The position numbers and the translations under genes were made by a program. From Amoebophrya sp. A120 (taxonomy: Eukaryota > Protista > Dinoflagellata), in assembly GCA_905178155.1 (NCBI GenBank), contig CAJINV010000022.1, forward strand, positions 793,172 through 857,171: DNA of 64,000 nt. The letters run 5' to 3'. Below the pieces are notes generated by a model. That model saw nothing but the letters and a program-made list of their open reading frames with translations, had not been told where the DNA came from and did not search any database. This document shows, piece by piece, positions 1-11,384 of the stretch (position 1 is the stretch's first letter; every line of letters begins with the position of its first letter).

Positions 1-257
1 AATGTAAAAATGTCTGGGTCTGGAAGGATCCGAACTTGTCATGCAGATTTTACATGGCCCGTGACGTCTGTGATGTATTCCCTGGCATCACAGATTTTCC
101 GAGTGCTTATTGATGCCTATTCCGCATGACAAATGGCCTCCCCGCGTAGCAGCAACTGGACTCCTCTTGCTGGTCATGCAATACAGATTTTTCTAGAGTC
201 TAAAGGTAGCATCACAAGTTCCAACCCTTCCAGACCCAGACATTTTTACAGTTGATA
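1..257. mobile_element. Introner/MITE family A (left end cut by window edge)
   Basis: TIR aatgtaaaaatgtctgggtctggaa ... ttccagacccagacatttttacagttgata. Confidence 0.85.
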
Positions 258-679
258 GGGATTAACCACAAAGACTACCCATCAGGAACGCTATATGGAT
301 TGTAAAAATGTCTGGGTCTGGAAGATTGCCAGGTTTGTCATGCATATTTTGAATGACCCATGATGTCTGTGATGCATGCCCTAGCATCACAGATTTTTAG
401 AGGGCTTTGTGATGCCTCTACTGCATGAGAAATGCCCTCTTCACGTAGCACAGACTGGAGTCCTTCTGCTGGTCATGCAACACAAATTTTTTTAGAATCC
501 AGAGACAGCATTACAAGTTTAGAATCTTCCAGACCCAGACATTTTTACATTTGATACGCTACCTTGTGGCGCAAATCTGAGTGTAGTATTCGAAGCAGTG
601 TCTACTTTTCGTAGAACAAGCGTAAAGCAAAAGCCGGCGAGAGGCTGCAGCGTAGACAGGAAACACGAAAGAGCAACCG
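258..679 (+). CDS. Internal exons of an unknown host gene (258-293, 562-~679) split by an introner; partial
   Basis: Removing 294-556 plus one cgcta gives the open frame GINHKDYPSGTLPCGANLSVVFEAVSTFRR...; possible GT donor at ~680. Confidence 0.4.
294..556. mobile_element. Introner family A
   Basis: TAT..ATA ends, ~30-bp TIR, direct repeat cgcta/cgcta. Confidence 0.9.
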
Positions 680-762
680 GTAACAAAAGAAAGAGAAATT
701 GATAAAGAAATAAAGCAGCTTCTCCTACTAGTGAACAGAGTAATAATATTACGCTGCTTAAT

Positions 763-797
763 ACTAGTAGGAGGTAGTAGTAGTAGTAGTAGTAGTA
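763..797. repeat. (TAG)n microsatellite
   Basis: Run of tagtagtag. Confidence 0.8.
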
Positions 798-1041
798 TTA
801 CCCAACAAAACGGGGCAAAACGATAATCAGAAGTAGATGCTATCTATTTATTATCGTTTGTAATATTGCTGCCGGAACCGCTATTTGCAGGAGTATTGCT
901 GCCGGAACCGCTATTATCGTTAGTATTTGTAGGAGTATAATATTATTATATTCCTACAAAGGCTTTCAAGTTTTCTCCTTTCACAAACCCTTCGCAGCAA
1001 GCAGCTTGATCAGCTTTCGTTTTTACAAAGCTTTCTATTCA

Positions 1042-1186
1042 GAAAAAGCTCGTCCTCCGCTCTTTTTTCGCAACAAAAAAAAGTAGTACAGTTTGTTTTA
1101 CCCTCTGTAAAAGGAAAAAGCTCGTCCTCCGCACTTTCTTCGCAACAAAAAAAAAAGTAGTACAGTTTGTTTTACCTTCTGTAAAA
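1042..1186. repeat. ~72-bp tandem duplication
   Basis: gaaaaagctcgtcctccgc...agtagtacagtttgttttacc.tctgtaaaa twice. Confidence 0.8.
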
Positions 1187-1904
1187 GTTTTAGACTTATT
1201 CAGCGTTTCTTTCAAATATAGGCCCTTTACAGCAAGACGTTTTTGCCCTTCTACCAGTTGTGTTTCATGTACGAGTCCAAAGTGGCTCTGTCATCTACTT
1301 CAAGCTGGTCTTTTTGTCAAACAAAGTAGCACTATCGTAGAACCAAAAGAAAGAAGACACAATCTTCAAACGGACTCAAGGTAAGGCACGTAAAAAATAA
1401 CAAAGAAACAGATGTAAAAACGTAGTTACAATTTTACTTTTGGCACTAAGCTCATATCATTTTCACGGTCAGCACCCACTTTTTTCAGAGACTTTGAACC
1501 CTTGACGCCGCGAGCGGGAAGGGGAAAGAAAGGTGGAAAGAAAGGGTGTATGTACCAAACACATCTGACAACTCTCGATCGCGACTACTTAGACGCACTC
1601 TATCGACGACGACTCCAGATGCTTACTCACCTCGTTGTGGCCGCGCATGCAGTTACTTGTCCTATGTACAACTTATAAATGAAGCAAGCAAACTTTTCAC
1701 ACTACTATTTCATTTTCCAGCTATAGTAGAGCAAATTTGAGCTTGCTTCTCTATCGGGTTTTGGCGAATTTCGCAGGATATCCAGTGTAGATCTTGTGAC
1801 TTTTTCCTTCCACCGACCGACGAGACAAGTCCTGTCGAAGAGTTTGAAGTGTGAGTAAAACAAAACCGTCCTTTCAGGTCGCCTTCTCACCAGTTTACGA
1901 GAGA

Positions 1905-2576
1905 TACGACAGTGTTAGAATCTCAGCCACTCATTGAGCGATTTTTCGATCCCGGAACAACACCGCGAAAAGAAACTTATGCATCTGCAGTTGTCGAAAG
2001 AAGGATTTGATTTTTTTTTTTTTTTTGTTTTTGGTTTTTTCGTTTTTCCTGTGCTGATGTGAAGACGTTGAGAGCTGTCGGAACGGTTCAATCTACATCA
2101 ATTTTTGGTCGATGCACTGCCCTACCGTGAGCTACTTTAAGCGGCAGACCTTCTTCATCTCAGCTTCGCAAAACCTCAAAACCCTATTTCGATTGTGCGA
2201 TGTTGTTTTTTGTTTCTCTGACATCAGAATTCTTTTTTGTTAGCAAACGTGAAGATTGTATTTGTAATGCGAAACAGCAACTTTTTCCAAAAATACAACC
2301 ACGTGAAAGATGGAGAGAAGACAAATAACAAAATAATAATAAAGCAAAATAGAACCGTAGAACGTTGACACTGTGTTGCTGCGGACCCAAAGATGATTTT
2401 TCGACTGCGTCGTCGATGAACATCAGTTTTTAATTTTTTCAAAAAATTGCTTTTGTCTTGCAAATTCGATGCACTTTGGCATCTTGGTACAGCAGAGCTC
2501 TTTTTTCCTCTTCGCCATCATCTTCTTTCACCACCATTACAAATTCCACACCCGGCATGTGTGGGCAGTTATGCTT
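1905..2576 (-). repeat. 3' pseudo-LTR of the Penelope-like element
   Basis: By eye identical to 9686-10353 except poly-T length (16 vs 12). Confidence 0.9.
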
Positions 2577-2697
2577 CTCGTCAAAAGTCCGTGCGTGAAT
2601 CCCCAAAGAAACCCGGGGCGGGTGGTATTTGGTTATTAAATCCCTACGATTCCGTTGGTTTTTGCTTGTTCTAGAACTCGGTCGCATGCTGCTGAAG

Positions 2698-5600
2698 CTA
2701 GAGAACGCGGTAGGCCTCGAGGAAGAAGTTGACGTAGCCGGCCCTGCTGCCCACTCCGAAGTTGGCCTCGTTCTCCCGGCCCTCGGCAGCCAGGCGGTCG
2801 TACGTCTCGTCGTTGCGGGCTTGCGGCATAAAATTGTACATACACTTCAACTCCGCCAGCGGCAGCGTGTTCAGCTTCGCCTCCGCAGTCAGGTCGTTCG
2901 AGTCCCAATCGAGGTCGTTTTGGAGATCGATTGGGATGATTGCACGCATATCCTCCTTGTTAACGAAGTCGTCGATGTGGTGGTTGCAAAAGTGCTGCTG
3001 TTGCTGCTGTTGTTGCTGCTGTGGGTTCACCGGTGGGTTGGTGGGTTTCGGGGTGGTCACCCCCGTCGAGCTGTTGGAATTTTCACACTTGTCCAACACT
3101 TTCCCCATCCTGTCCATGAGCTGCGTCATCACGGACTCTCCCTGGTCGACGCGGGAAGCGAGCTTGACCCGCTCGGTACGCTCATCGGAAATTTGTTGCT
3201 CCAGGGAATTAAACTTTTTCATCATTGCGTCCTTCAGGTCCGCAATTTCAGTGCTGTTGGTGTTGTTGGTGACGGGGTGGCTGCAGGAGGTGGTTGCGGA
3301 ATTGCAGGACGAAGAACCGGAAAGGTTGAAGTTCGGGATGGCCTTTCCCGTCGTTGCGGCAACTGCTGCCAAAATTCCGGTCTGCGTGTTCTGCATGATC
3401 TGCTCCCACTTCGCCTGGTCTTTTTTCTCCTGCTCCGCTTGTTTTTTCTCCTCTTTCCATTCCTCGTACTGGATGCGGCCATGGGCATCTTTTACTTTCT
3501 TGTAGAAGGCGTCGCTGTCGTAAAAATTATTGTTGTAGTTGCCACCGCCTTGTTGTTTGTTCTGCTTCCCGTTGCCGCTGGGGCCGCCCATCTTTTGTAA
3601 AATGGTGAGAGCGTGGATGAGGAACTGAACAGCGGGATTGTTTTTTAACTCGACAGAAGCTAGTAAATATCGCTTCAGGGTTTTGGGTGGGTAGTTGCGA
3701 AACCAGTTGGGCATCTCTCTCACCAGCTGCTGCAGTGCGTCGGCCTGCGTTCCGTTGGTTTGTACCAACCTGGTCACTCGCGCGACGAAACACGAGCGGC
3801 CATACTCAAAGTCGAACTTTGTGGGCACACGCAGGGCCGTGGGCTTTTGTGCGTTGGTGATGCGGATGCTGCCGTCACTCGTTATCTCGATCAACAGATC
3901 TAGCCAGTTGATGCGCGCAGACGACTTGTCTTCGTTTTCGAATGGAACACGGTATATCCCCCGCGTCTCCTTCGATAGACAGTCCGGGCAGAGGCTGAGG
4001 CTGATGCTCAGGACATCGTCCACGTAGCGGATGCGGATGGTGATGCTCTTGCTCTTGCGGCCGGCGCGGTGGTGGCGATCTTCATCGACACACAGGGTGA
4101 CGCTGGCGACGACTTTTGAACTATAGGCGCCGATTGGACTTCCCATGCCTTCGGGCAGTGCAAAAACTGCATCAGACCCGGTGGCGAAGTAGCGGAGGGC
4201 GCTGGTGACTTCCTCCAAAGTTCCCAACACGTCGGCCGGGCTCTTCTTGGAAAATCGTTTGACTTTGTCCCCCTTCGCGTGGTTGAGCAGATATTCGCAA
4301 TTGTCGCTGAAGACATCATGCGGAATTCGCTCGAAGAAGGACGTCGCGTCCTCGACGCTGAGCGCTACGGGTTCTTTTTGTCGTCCGCAACAGGTGCAGA
4401 CCGTTGGACTGTGCTCCGCTCCCATTTTTGCGGCCTGCTTTTTTAGGTCGCGGAACGCATCCAAAACTCGGTCCTTGGCTTTCGCTAAGTCGTTCAACTC
4501 GGAATGGTGCAGGTGGCGCTCCACCATGTCCATGACTTCCCAGTTGATATTTCGCAACCGCCTTTTGTTCGGACCTTTTACGGCCGAGACCATGGAGATT
4601 ATTTTTCTCCAGTGGTTGTGGCCCGAATCTAGCGACTTCGTGCATTTCAGTCGGCCGTCTTCAATGCACTTGGACTTTAGCGATGGGTAGAAGTAGGGCA
4701 ATTCCTTTATTGGCTGGAGCGGTATCGGCGTGGCTGTGATGCTTTTGTTGATCTTCGCCAAGATCGTGGGTCGCTCTTCTTTAATTTCAACCATATCAGC
4801 GCGCGCGGCCAGTATTAGAATGTTCCGGAACTCTTCAATTGGCGCGGTGAAGAAATTGTCCCGAGACTTGTCGTCGACGATGGGGATCACCCCGGCTGGC
4901 GCGCGGTGTTTGCAGAACCACTCGAAGTCCTTAAGTCCGTGGCCTAGGACCTCAGCGGCCTGCAGGTCGTTGGGCTGATTGCGGTTACTCTCTGCTTGCT
5001 TCCGTTTACACACTTTTTTGAGCTTTTTCAGCTGGTCGTTTACAAACGCGAGGTCAATCGCTGGTAGTGGGGCGCTCAGGACGCCGCTCGTGTTGTGTCG
5101 GATTAGCTCGTAGCGGGGTTCGCGGGGTTCCACGCCTTTCACGTGGACGCCCTTGGCTGCTTGTACGGAGGCGAGCAACATGGCCCGCAACCGCGGCCGC
5201 CGGAACCGGATGAGCGTGACCGACTTTCGTATGAACCTCTGGCACTCGTAGGACGAGCAAGACAACGCCGCGCCGAGTGCACGGCGCAACGCTGTAAGCT
5301 CGAACGGATGCCGCCAATACAACCGCACGCGCTCGCTGTTTGGGACTCCGGCCAAGTTCATGACGAACTTGGTCTTCCGTCGCACTCGCATGCGCAGCTT
5401 GTTCGAAAGGTTTTTCGAAGCAAGCCGCAGCACCTCGTACTCCGGGAATCGCATTCGGCCGCGCGCGTGGTACCGTAAAAAGACGGCATCTAGGTCATGC
5501 GGGCGCTCTCCTTTCCTAACCCTGTCCCGAATACACAGCCACTTGACTAGCAGTATATAGGAGCCGGGGTCGTAGATGTTGATGGGCGCGGTGGCATGCT

Positions 5601-5847
5601 GTTTGCTACGCAGCAGGTCATACGCCTCACTAAATGTACTCGCGCGCATTTCCTGTTGGGCCTGGTGTCGTTTCGTTTTTCTCAGCTCTAGTATGTACTT
5701 CGTGCTGACTGCGTCACTTTGCCGCAGTTGTTGTTGTTGTTGTTGGTGCTGTGTAGTCGTTGTTCTGTTACGGGACCGCCGCCTCCTCCTCTTGGCGGCT
5801 GGTCGTGGGCAGCTGGCGCTGGTGCTGTCGTTGTTGTTGGCACGCGG
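2698..5847 (-). CDS. Penelope-like reverse transcriptase with long C-terminal coiled-coil extension
   Basis: RT motifs SVEDATSFFERIPH, GMGSPIG..S, IRYVDDVL, INWLDLLI. The first ~77 aa of the track ORF (5848-6078) lie inside the inserted foldback element. Confidence 0.85.
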   Translation of the reverse strand, partial: PRANNNDSTSASCPRPAAKRRRRRSRNRTTTTQHQQQQQQLRQSDAVSTKYILELRKTKRHQAQQEMRASTFSEAYDLLRSKQHATAPINIYDPGSYILLVKWLCIRDRVRKGERPHDLDAVFLRYHARGRMRFPEYEVLRLASKNLSNKLRMRVRRKTKFVMNLAGVPNSERVRLYWRHPFELTALRRALGAALSCSSYECQRFIRKSVTLIRFRRPRLRAMLLASVQAAKGVHVKGVEPREPRYELIRHNTSGVLSAPLPAIDLAFVNDQLKKLKKVCKRKQAESNRNQPNDLQAAEVLGHGLKDFEWFCKHRAPAGVIPIVDDKSRDNFFTAPIEEFRNILILAARADMVEIKEERPTILAKINKSITATPIPLQPIKELPYFYPSLKSKCIEDGRLKCTKSLDSGHNHWRKIISMVSAVKGPNKRRLRNINWEVMDMVERHLHHSELNDLAKAKDRVLDAFRDLKKQAAKMGAEHSPTVCTCCGRQKEPVALSVEDATSFFERIPHDVFSDNCEYLLNHAKGDKVKRFSKKSPADVLGTLEEVTSALRYFATGSDAVFALPEGMGSPIGAYSSKVVASVTLCVDEDRHHRAGRKSKSITIRIRYVDDVLSISLSLCPDCLSKETRGIYRVPFENEDKSSARINWLDLLIEITSDGSIRITNAQKPTALRVPTKFDFEYGRSCFVARVTRLVQTNGTQADALQQLVREMPNWFRNYPPKTLKRYLLASVELKNNPAVQFLIHALTILQKMGGPSGNGKQNKQQGGGNYNNNFYDSDAFYKKVKDAHGRIQYEEWKEEKKQAEQEKKDQAKWEQIMQNTQTGILAAVAATTGKAIPNFNLSGSSSCNSATTSCSHPVTNNTNSTEIADLKDAMMKKFNSLEQQISDERTERVKLASRVDQGESVMTQLMDRMGKVLDKCENSNSSTGVTTPKPTNPPVNPQQQQQQQQQHFCNHHIDDFVNKEDMRAIIPIDLQNDLDWDSNDLTAEAKLNTLPLAELKCMYNFMPQARNDETYDRLAAEGRENEANFGVGSRAGYVNFFLEAYRVL

Positions 5848-6127
5848 CCAAATAAGCAGAACTCCAAGCGAAACACCTACCATTTTTTCACCTGCAACAA
5901 GTGCAACGACTTGGATTCCCATCGTGATTTGGTGAGTAGGCGGATCCCTTCGGAACACAGAAAATAGAAGAAAGCGATAGCATGAGAGGCGTTTTTGGGG
6001 TATGTGTGTTGTGTAAATTGTGAAGGAAGCTGGCCCCCTTGCTTGAATTGCGAAACACGAAAAGCGAAAAAAATGCAAAGCCTATCCCTAACATAATTAA
6101 TATACTAAGCAAAGAGAAGGGGGAGGC

Positions 6128-6485
6128 GGCTCCCGAAATGCGAAACGCGAAAAGCGAAAAAGAAAAGGGCCCCAAGACAATGAACAGAGTAAGCAGAGAA
6201 AAAGCGGAAGCGACCCACGAAAAGCGAAGCGCGAAAAGCGAAGAAAGCGACCGGGGAAATCATTAGCGAGGGAGATAGAGAGAAACGAAAGCCGCCCCCG
6301 AAATGCGAAACGCGAAAAGCGAAAAAGAAAAGGGCCCCAAGACAATGAACAGAGTAAGCAGAGAAAAAGCGGAAGCGACCCACGAAAAGCGAAGCGCGAA
6401 AAGCGAAGAAAGCGACCGGGGAAATCATTAGCGAGGGAGATAGAGAGAAACGAAAGCCGCCCCCGAAATGCGAAACGCGAAAAAC
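6128..6485. repeat. ~167-bp tandem repeat (left arm of foldback element)
   Basis: cccgaaatgcgaaacgcgaaaagcgaaaaagaaaagggccccaagacaatg... twice, plus a partial third copy. Confidence 0.85.
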
Positions 6486-7099
6486 GGGAGCAGCCGGCTG
6501 GCTTTGTTCCATCCACACGCAAACCCAGGCCAGTGCGGACCGCGGGCGCGTGCGCGAACGTTTTCAGGGGCCGGATTTTGCTCCGCGGGCGCCTCGCGGA
6601 GGGCGTCTGAAACGCATGCGGGCAAGACCGCCCCCTGCTTACTAACTTGGGCAAAAATATCACTCCTATGGGAAGCCTCCTCGCGTATGCGCCCGCTTGT
6701 CTTCAGACTTGGCTTCCTGCGTGGGCGCGCGTGCTGGAACATCTAGCGCGGCAATGGCTCAAAATCTAGGATGAGAGGATAGGGCCTAGCTACCTCTACG
6801 CAAAGAATGCGAGCGCGACTAGGACCCGGACCAATGTGCGGGGCGGATCTATACCTGTCGGAAAGATATTGAGTGGGGTATATAGCGCAAATGCATCGCG
6901 ATGTCGACACACCTACAGCACGGAGAAGACGAAGCGGGTTGAAAGCTTCTACCGCTGCTGACCGAAGCCATGCGCCGACCTTGGCCCCCCGGGGCGCAGA
7001 TGGTTTGGGTTAGCAGCGCAAGGGCCTCCGCTCATGGCCCTCCCCTTTCATCATTTCCAAGCACAACGAAGCGCAGGGGCTTGCGTGTTTCCTTCTGTT

Positions 7100-7785
7100 G
7101 GATGGTGAGAAGGCTGCGCGCGTTTACTTTCTCGAGCCACGCGCGGCCTTCTCGACCTCCTTCGATCTCGCTCAGAGAAGGGCTAGCGCTGTTGCCCTGG
7201 CCACGGTAGCGCTAACTTTGCGACGCCACCGCTTCGCTTCGAGCACGATGGCGCCCAGGGCAGGCCCCTCATCTATTGACGAGGGGCCTGCGCTCTTTTC
7301 TTTGAACCACGAGCAGGCTCTCTTCTCATCTAATTCGTTTGCGCTTTTAGATGGGGTTGCTTGCTGCGGTGGACAAGGTCGCCGGCTTCTCGTCATTTTC
7401 CCAGCGCGCTGACTCGCATGGATTTGCTTCCATTGGTGGAGAAGAACGCGCGCGCTTTCGTTCGTCGATCTCCTTCGATCTCGCTCAAAGAAGGGCTAGG
7501 CCTGTTGCCATGGGCAAGGCAGCGCTAACTTTGCGGCGCCACCGCTTTCGAGCACGATGGCGCCAAGGGCAGGCCCCTCATCTATTGACGAGGGGCCTGC
7601 GCTCTTTTCTTCGAACCACGAGCAGGCTCTCTACTCATCTAATTCGCTTGCGCTTATAGATGGGGCTGCTTGTTGCGGTGGACAAGGTCGCCCCCTTCTC
7701 GTCATTTTTCTTGCGCGCTAATTCGCGCGGATTTGCTTCCATTGGTGGAGAAGAACGCGCGCGCTTTCATTCTCGAGCCACGAGC
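7100..7785. repeat. ~310-bp imperfect tandem duplication inside foldback element
   Basis: ccttcgatctcgctca..gaagggctag...cccctcatctattgacgaggggcc at ~7160 and ~7472. Confidence 0.8.
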
Positions 7786-8712
7786 GAGCCACCAGCGCCA
7801 GCCTGATGCACTTCGTTGGCGCTGGTGGGCGGGGTTAGTTTCTTTGTTGCTATGGCCCGGATCTTCCCGCGAAGCTGCCCGCGCGGTTTTGTGCTGCCGC
7901 TCGCGCCTCGAACACGGTGGGGGGCCTGGCGCCGTCCGACGGCTCTCCGAGGCGCCCATCGCTGCGCCCTGCTACAGTGGTGCGCCAGCCGGGAAGCTTC
8001 TCGCGATATTCATGGCGTGACACACACACACACGCACACAAACAGAAGCGCCCTCGCATGAGTGCCCAACTTTTTCGCCTCCGGCCTACGCTGCAGGGTG
8101 CCAGCCCCCTCTGGGGCTGCGGCTGGTGCGACCGGCCAAGGGCCCGCCGCGCCATTTTGCAGGCGCGGCACGGGCCAAACGCTGCGACTGGGATCCATGC
8201 CTCCGCTTTCCGCGCGCTCTCCCGGCCTCTCGCCCGGCCAAAAGTAAGACCGACGGGCGGGAGGGTGGTCAGCGTCGGTCTGCTGTGCGTGGGCGTACGT
8301 GCGAGCCGCGTGCCGGGCGACAATATCAAAACCAAGAGCCAACCCCCCCGGCCCCCGGCCTCTTAGAACTGGACGCACGCGGCTCCATGCGCATAAATGC
8401 GAAAGCTCGCGTATGTTGCTAGGTAGTGCGGGGGGGAGGGGGGGCCAGCGGAACCAACGCTCAAAGCGGAGCGGCGCCAATGTCTCTACTTAGTAAGGGA
8501 CGAGGGGCCTGCCTTCTTTTCTCGCCGCTTTTCGCGCTTGGCATTCGGAGGCGCTTCCGCTTTGTTTTCTCTCTTCTTACTCTACTCACCATCATGGAAC
8601 CCGCCCCGGCCGCTTTGTTGTTTTTCGCGTTTCGCGCCTCGGAGGCACTTCCGCTGTCCCTCTTTCTACGCTACTGATTAGCCACGGCGCCGCTTTGGCA
8701 TTGGCTTGGCGC

Positions 8713-9010
8713 TTTTCGCGTTTCGCATTTCGGAGGCGCTTCCACTCTCTCTCTCTCTCCCTCTCTTCTTCCTACTCTATTAACTCTCCACGGCCCCCCT
8801 TTGGTTTTTCGCGTTTCGCATTTCGGAGGCGCTTCCACTCTCTCTCTCTCTCCCTCTCTTCTTCCTACTCTATTAACTCTCCACGGCCCCCCTTTGGTTT
8901 TTCGCGTTTCGCATTTCGGAGGCGCCTCCGCTCTCTCTTTTCTTACTCTCCTGGCTCTCTACTGCCCTCCCTTGGTTTTTCGCTTTTCGTGTTTCGCATT
9001 TCGGAAGCGC
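8713..9010. repeat. 94-bp tandem repeat (right arm, inverted relative to left arm)
   Basis: ttttcgcgtttcgcatttcggaggcgc at 8713, 8806 and 8899. Confidence 0.85.
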
Positions 9011-9070
9011 TTCCGCCTTCTCTATACTTAACTGGACAGATCTGCAATCCCTTCTAGGAAATTAGGTGAA

Positions 9071-9608
9071 TCACGGTGGTGCTCTGCTTATTTGGCCTCC
9101 TCCCTTGTTGTTGTTTCCTGCTGTTGTGTGGACGAGCGGGATCTCGGCCGCGCTGCAGTTGTGCACCTTGTTCTCCATCGTAGGTGAATACGAGGAGATC
9201 AGGTGGCTCTCTACCGCGCGCATGCTCGCGATCAGGCCGATTCGGATCACCATGAAGAACAACCGGCGGGCCCCATGGAACTTGTTTCGCTTTTTCCAGT
9301 TCTCATGGTGCTCGGTCCAGCGCTCCACCGGATGACGGAAAGTCGACCCAATGTAAAACCGCCAGGAGTTGTCGTACACGACATACACAACCAACCCCCT
9401 GCGTTTTGTCGTCCGCGTTTTTCGTGTCGGCAGCGCTGCGTTGGAGCTCCCGAAGGGTCTCCGGTTGGCGCTGTTCTGCCTCGACGAGGCGCAGGATGCG
9501 GGCGGCCTTCTTTTTTCCTGCCTCAGCGAACTGAAGCAATCGCGCGACCGCGTTGTTGGTCCATTGCAAGAACTTCGCGCGCCTCCGCGCGTTCTTGTGC
9601 TTCGCCAT
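9071..9608 (-). CDS. GIY-YIG endonuclease of the Penelope-like element (N-terminal part in a different frame)
   Basis: VVYVVY..FYIGST..R..ERW.EH..E..LI....P..EN in 9071-9394. The ATG ORF MAKHKNARRR (9608) overlaps it and needs a shift near the G5 run at ~9395-9399. Confidence 0.8.
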
Positions 9609-9685
9609 GCTGCTCGTGTCGTCGCTGTTTATGCTCGGGGCGCCGTAAGATGTATTTCAATCCCGGAAGTGCCTGCGAGCTTGTC

Positions 9686-10353
9686 TACGACAGTGTTAGA
9701 ATCTCAGCCACTCATTGAGCGATTTTTCGATCCCGGAACAACACCGCGAAAAGAAACTTATGCATCTGCAGTTGTCGAAAGAAGGATTTGATTTTTTTTT
9801 TTTGTTTTTGGTTTTTTCGTTTTTCCTGTGCTGATGTGAAGACGTTGAGAGCTGTCGGAACGGTTCAATCTACATCAATTTTTGGTCGATGCACTGCCCT
9901 ACCGTGAGCTACTTTAAGCGGCAGACCTTCTTCATCTCAGCTTCGCAAAACCTCAAAACCCTATTTCGATTGTGCGATGTTGTTTTTTGTTTCTCTGACA
10001 TCAGAATTCTTTTTTGTTAGCAAACGTGAAGATTGTATTTGTAATGCGAAACAGCAACTTTTTCCAAAAATACAACCACGTGAAAGATGGAGAGAAGACA
10101 AATAACAAAATAATAATAAAGCAAAATAGAACCGTAGAACGTTGACACTGTGTTGCTGCGGACCCAAAGATGATTTTTCGACTGCGTCGTCGATGAACAT
10201 CAGTTTTTAATTTTTTCAAAAAATTGCTTTTGTCTTGCAAATTCGATGCACTTTGGCATCTTGGTACAGCAGAGCTCTTTTTTCCTCTTCGCCATCATCT
10301 TCTTTCACCACCATTACAAATTCCACACCCGGCATGTGTGGGCAGTTATGCTT
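9686..10353 (-). repeat. 5' pseudo-LTR of the Penelope-like element
   Basis: Copy of 1905-2576. Confidence 0.9.
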
Positions 10354-10422
10354 ATTTTTGATCAGGCAAAGGAAGAACGGTTCCTCATTCTTTGGAAATT
10401 GGCACACTCCACCTCTTCTCGA

Positions 10423-10751
10423 TATCGTAAGGGAAAATCCCCCCTCCCCATATTGAAAAGGTAGATCTCAGAAAATTTGCAATGCTGATTTGCGACCTCA
10501 AATCGTCTCTGTCTTGCAAGAACGCAACTCCACAGTCTCCGCCGCATCCTGCAGGCGGTTTGTGATGCTGGTGGCCCTACAGACTAGACGTTTGCCATGC
10601 TCAGCGCCTACTTAGCCCAAAACATCTCTACTCAGTCTTGGCATGGGCCTGCAGTCCTCTCCAGCAAGATAAATCTGATAGATTTGTGTACCCAAATCCA
10701 GCATCAGAAGCCTCGTTTTGATATGGGGAGGGGGGATTTTTTCTTTTGATA
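10423..10751. mobile_element. Introner family F
   Basis: TIR tatcgtaagggaaaatccccctccccata; DR ctcga/ctcga. Confidence 0.9.
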
Positions 10752-11384
10752 CTCGACCTACAAAAGCACAAAAGGTTCGAAAAGTGTCTCTTTAAGTTTA
10801 CTGAGGGCTTTCTAGACTGTCAAGGTACCACTACTTCGCCGCACAACCTAGAAAAAGCAAGAAATAGAAGAAAAAGCTTCTACCAGGAGACTAGCCGATA
10901 GATAAAAGCTAAAGTAGTATTATTGATAGTGCAATAGCACCATCGCAGCGAGAAGAAAAACGCACCTAGAGAAGTAAGACGCACCAGCGTGATTTAATAC
11001 CGCCCTATCGGTGCAGGTGGTGGAATTTACTTTCTTGCAATAGTGCCACGAGCATTAATAGGAATGAGTACTATCTCTTTTTACGCCAACTGGTGACTAG
11101 CAGGAGCTGCTCGACTACTTCTACTCCAGCACTAAATTGTTATTTGAATTGTCTAAAAAAAGCACCGATTATAGACATCGACTTTATCTGCGCGTCGAAG
11201 TAAGAAAGATACCTCACAGCTCGGTGCGGCCTTCTGACACCAAGTGTTTCAGTTTCTACATTATACTTCTGTCCCGGGATAATTTTACATCGAGTTTGCG
11301 AAAAAACAGCGCGCACCCAGAAGCACGGTACTAGGTGAGAAAGAAGAGGCGAACACTGGCAGTGCATATTTTTGCAACGAAAAA

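Larger units (their letters stand above)
5846..9097. mobile_element. Non-autonomous foldback-type TIR element inserted between GIY-YIG and RT
   Basis: 15-bp perfect TIR ggccaaataagcaga (5846-5860) / tctgcttatttggcc (9083-9097). Subterminal arrays of cgaaatgcgaaacgcgaaaa in opposite orientation at ~6045-6490 and ~8510-9015. Confidence 0.75.
1905..10353 (-). mobile_element. Penelope-like retroelement with upstream GIY-YIG and pseudo-LTR direct repeats
   Basis: Direct repeats 1905-2576 and 9686-10353 enclose a GIY-YIG ORF and a PLE-type RT ORF on the same strand. Confidence 0.8.

Noticed and set aside
2050-2430. Hammerhead ribozyme in the pseudo-LTR (ctgatg...gtcgaaa on the minus strand near 2396-2426; ctgatg...gtcggaac on the plus strand near 2054)
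   Set aside because: The cores deviate from CUGANGA-stem II-GAAA and I could not build stems I and III; an Infernal search is needed
2629-3600. 323-aa plus-strand ORF and other antisense ORFs over the RT
   Set aside because: Shadow frames of the minus-strand RT ORF with no independent motifs
5848-6078. N-terminal 77 aa of the 1126-aa ORF
   Set aside because: Lies inside the TIR element; chance in-frame extension
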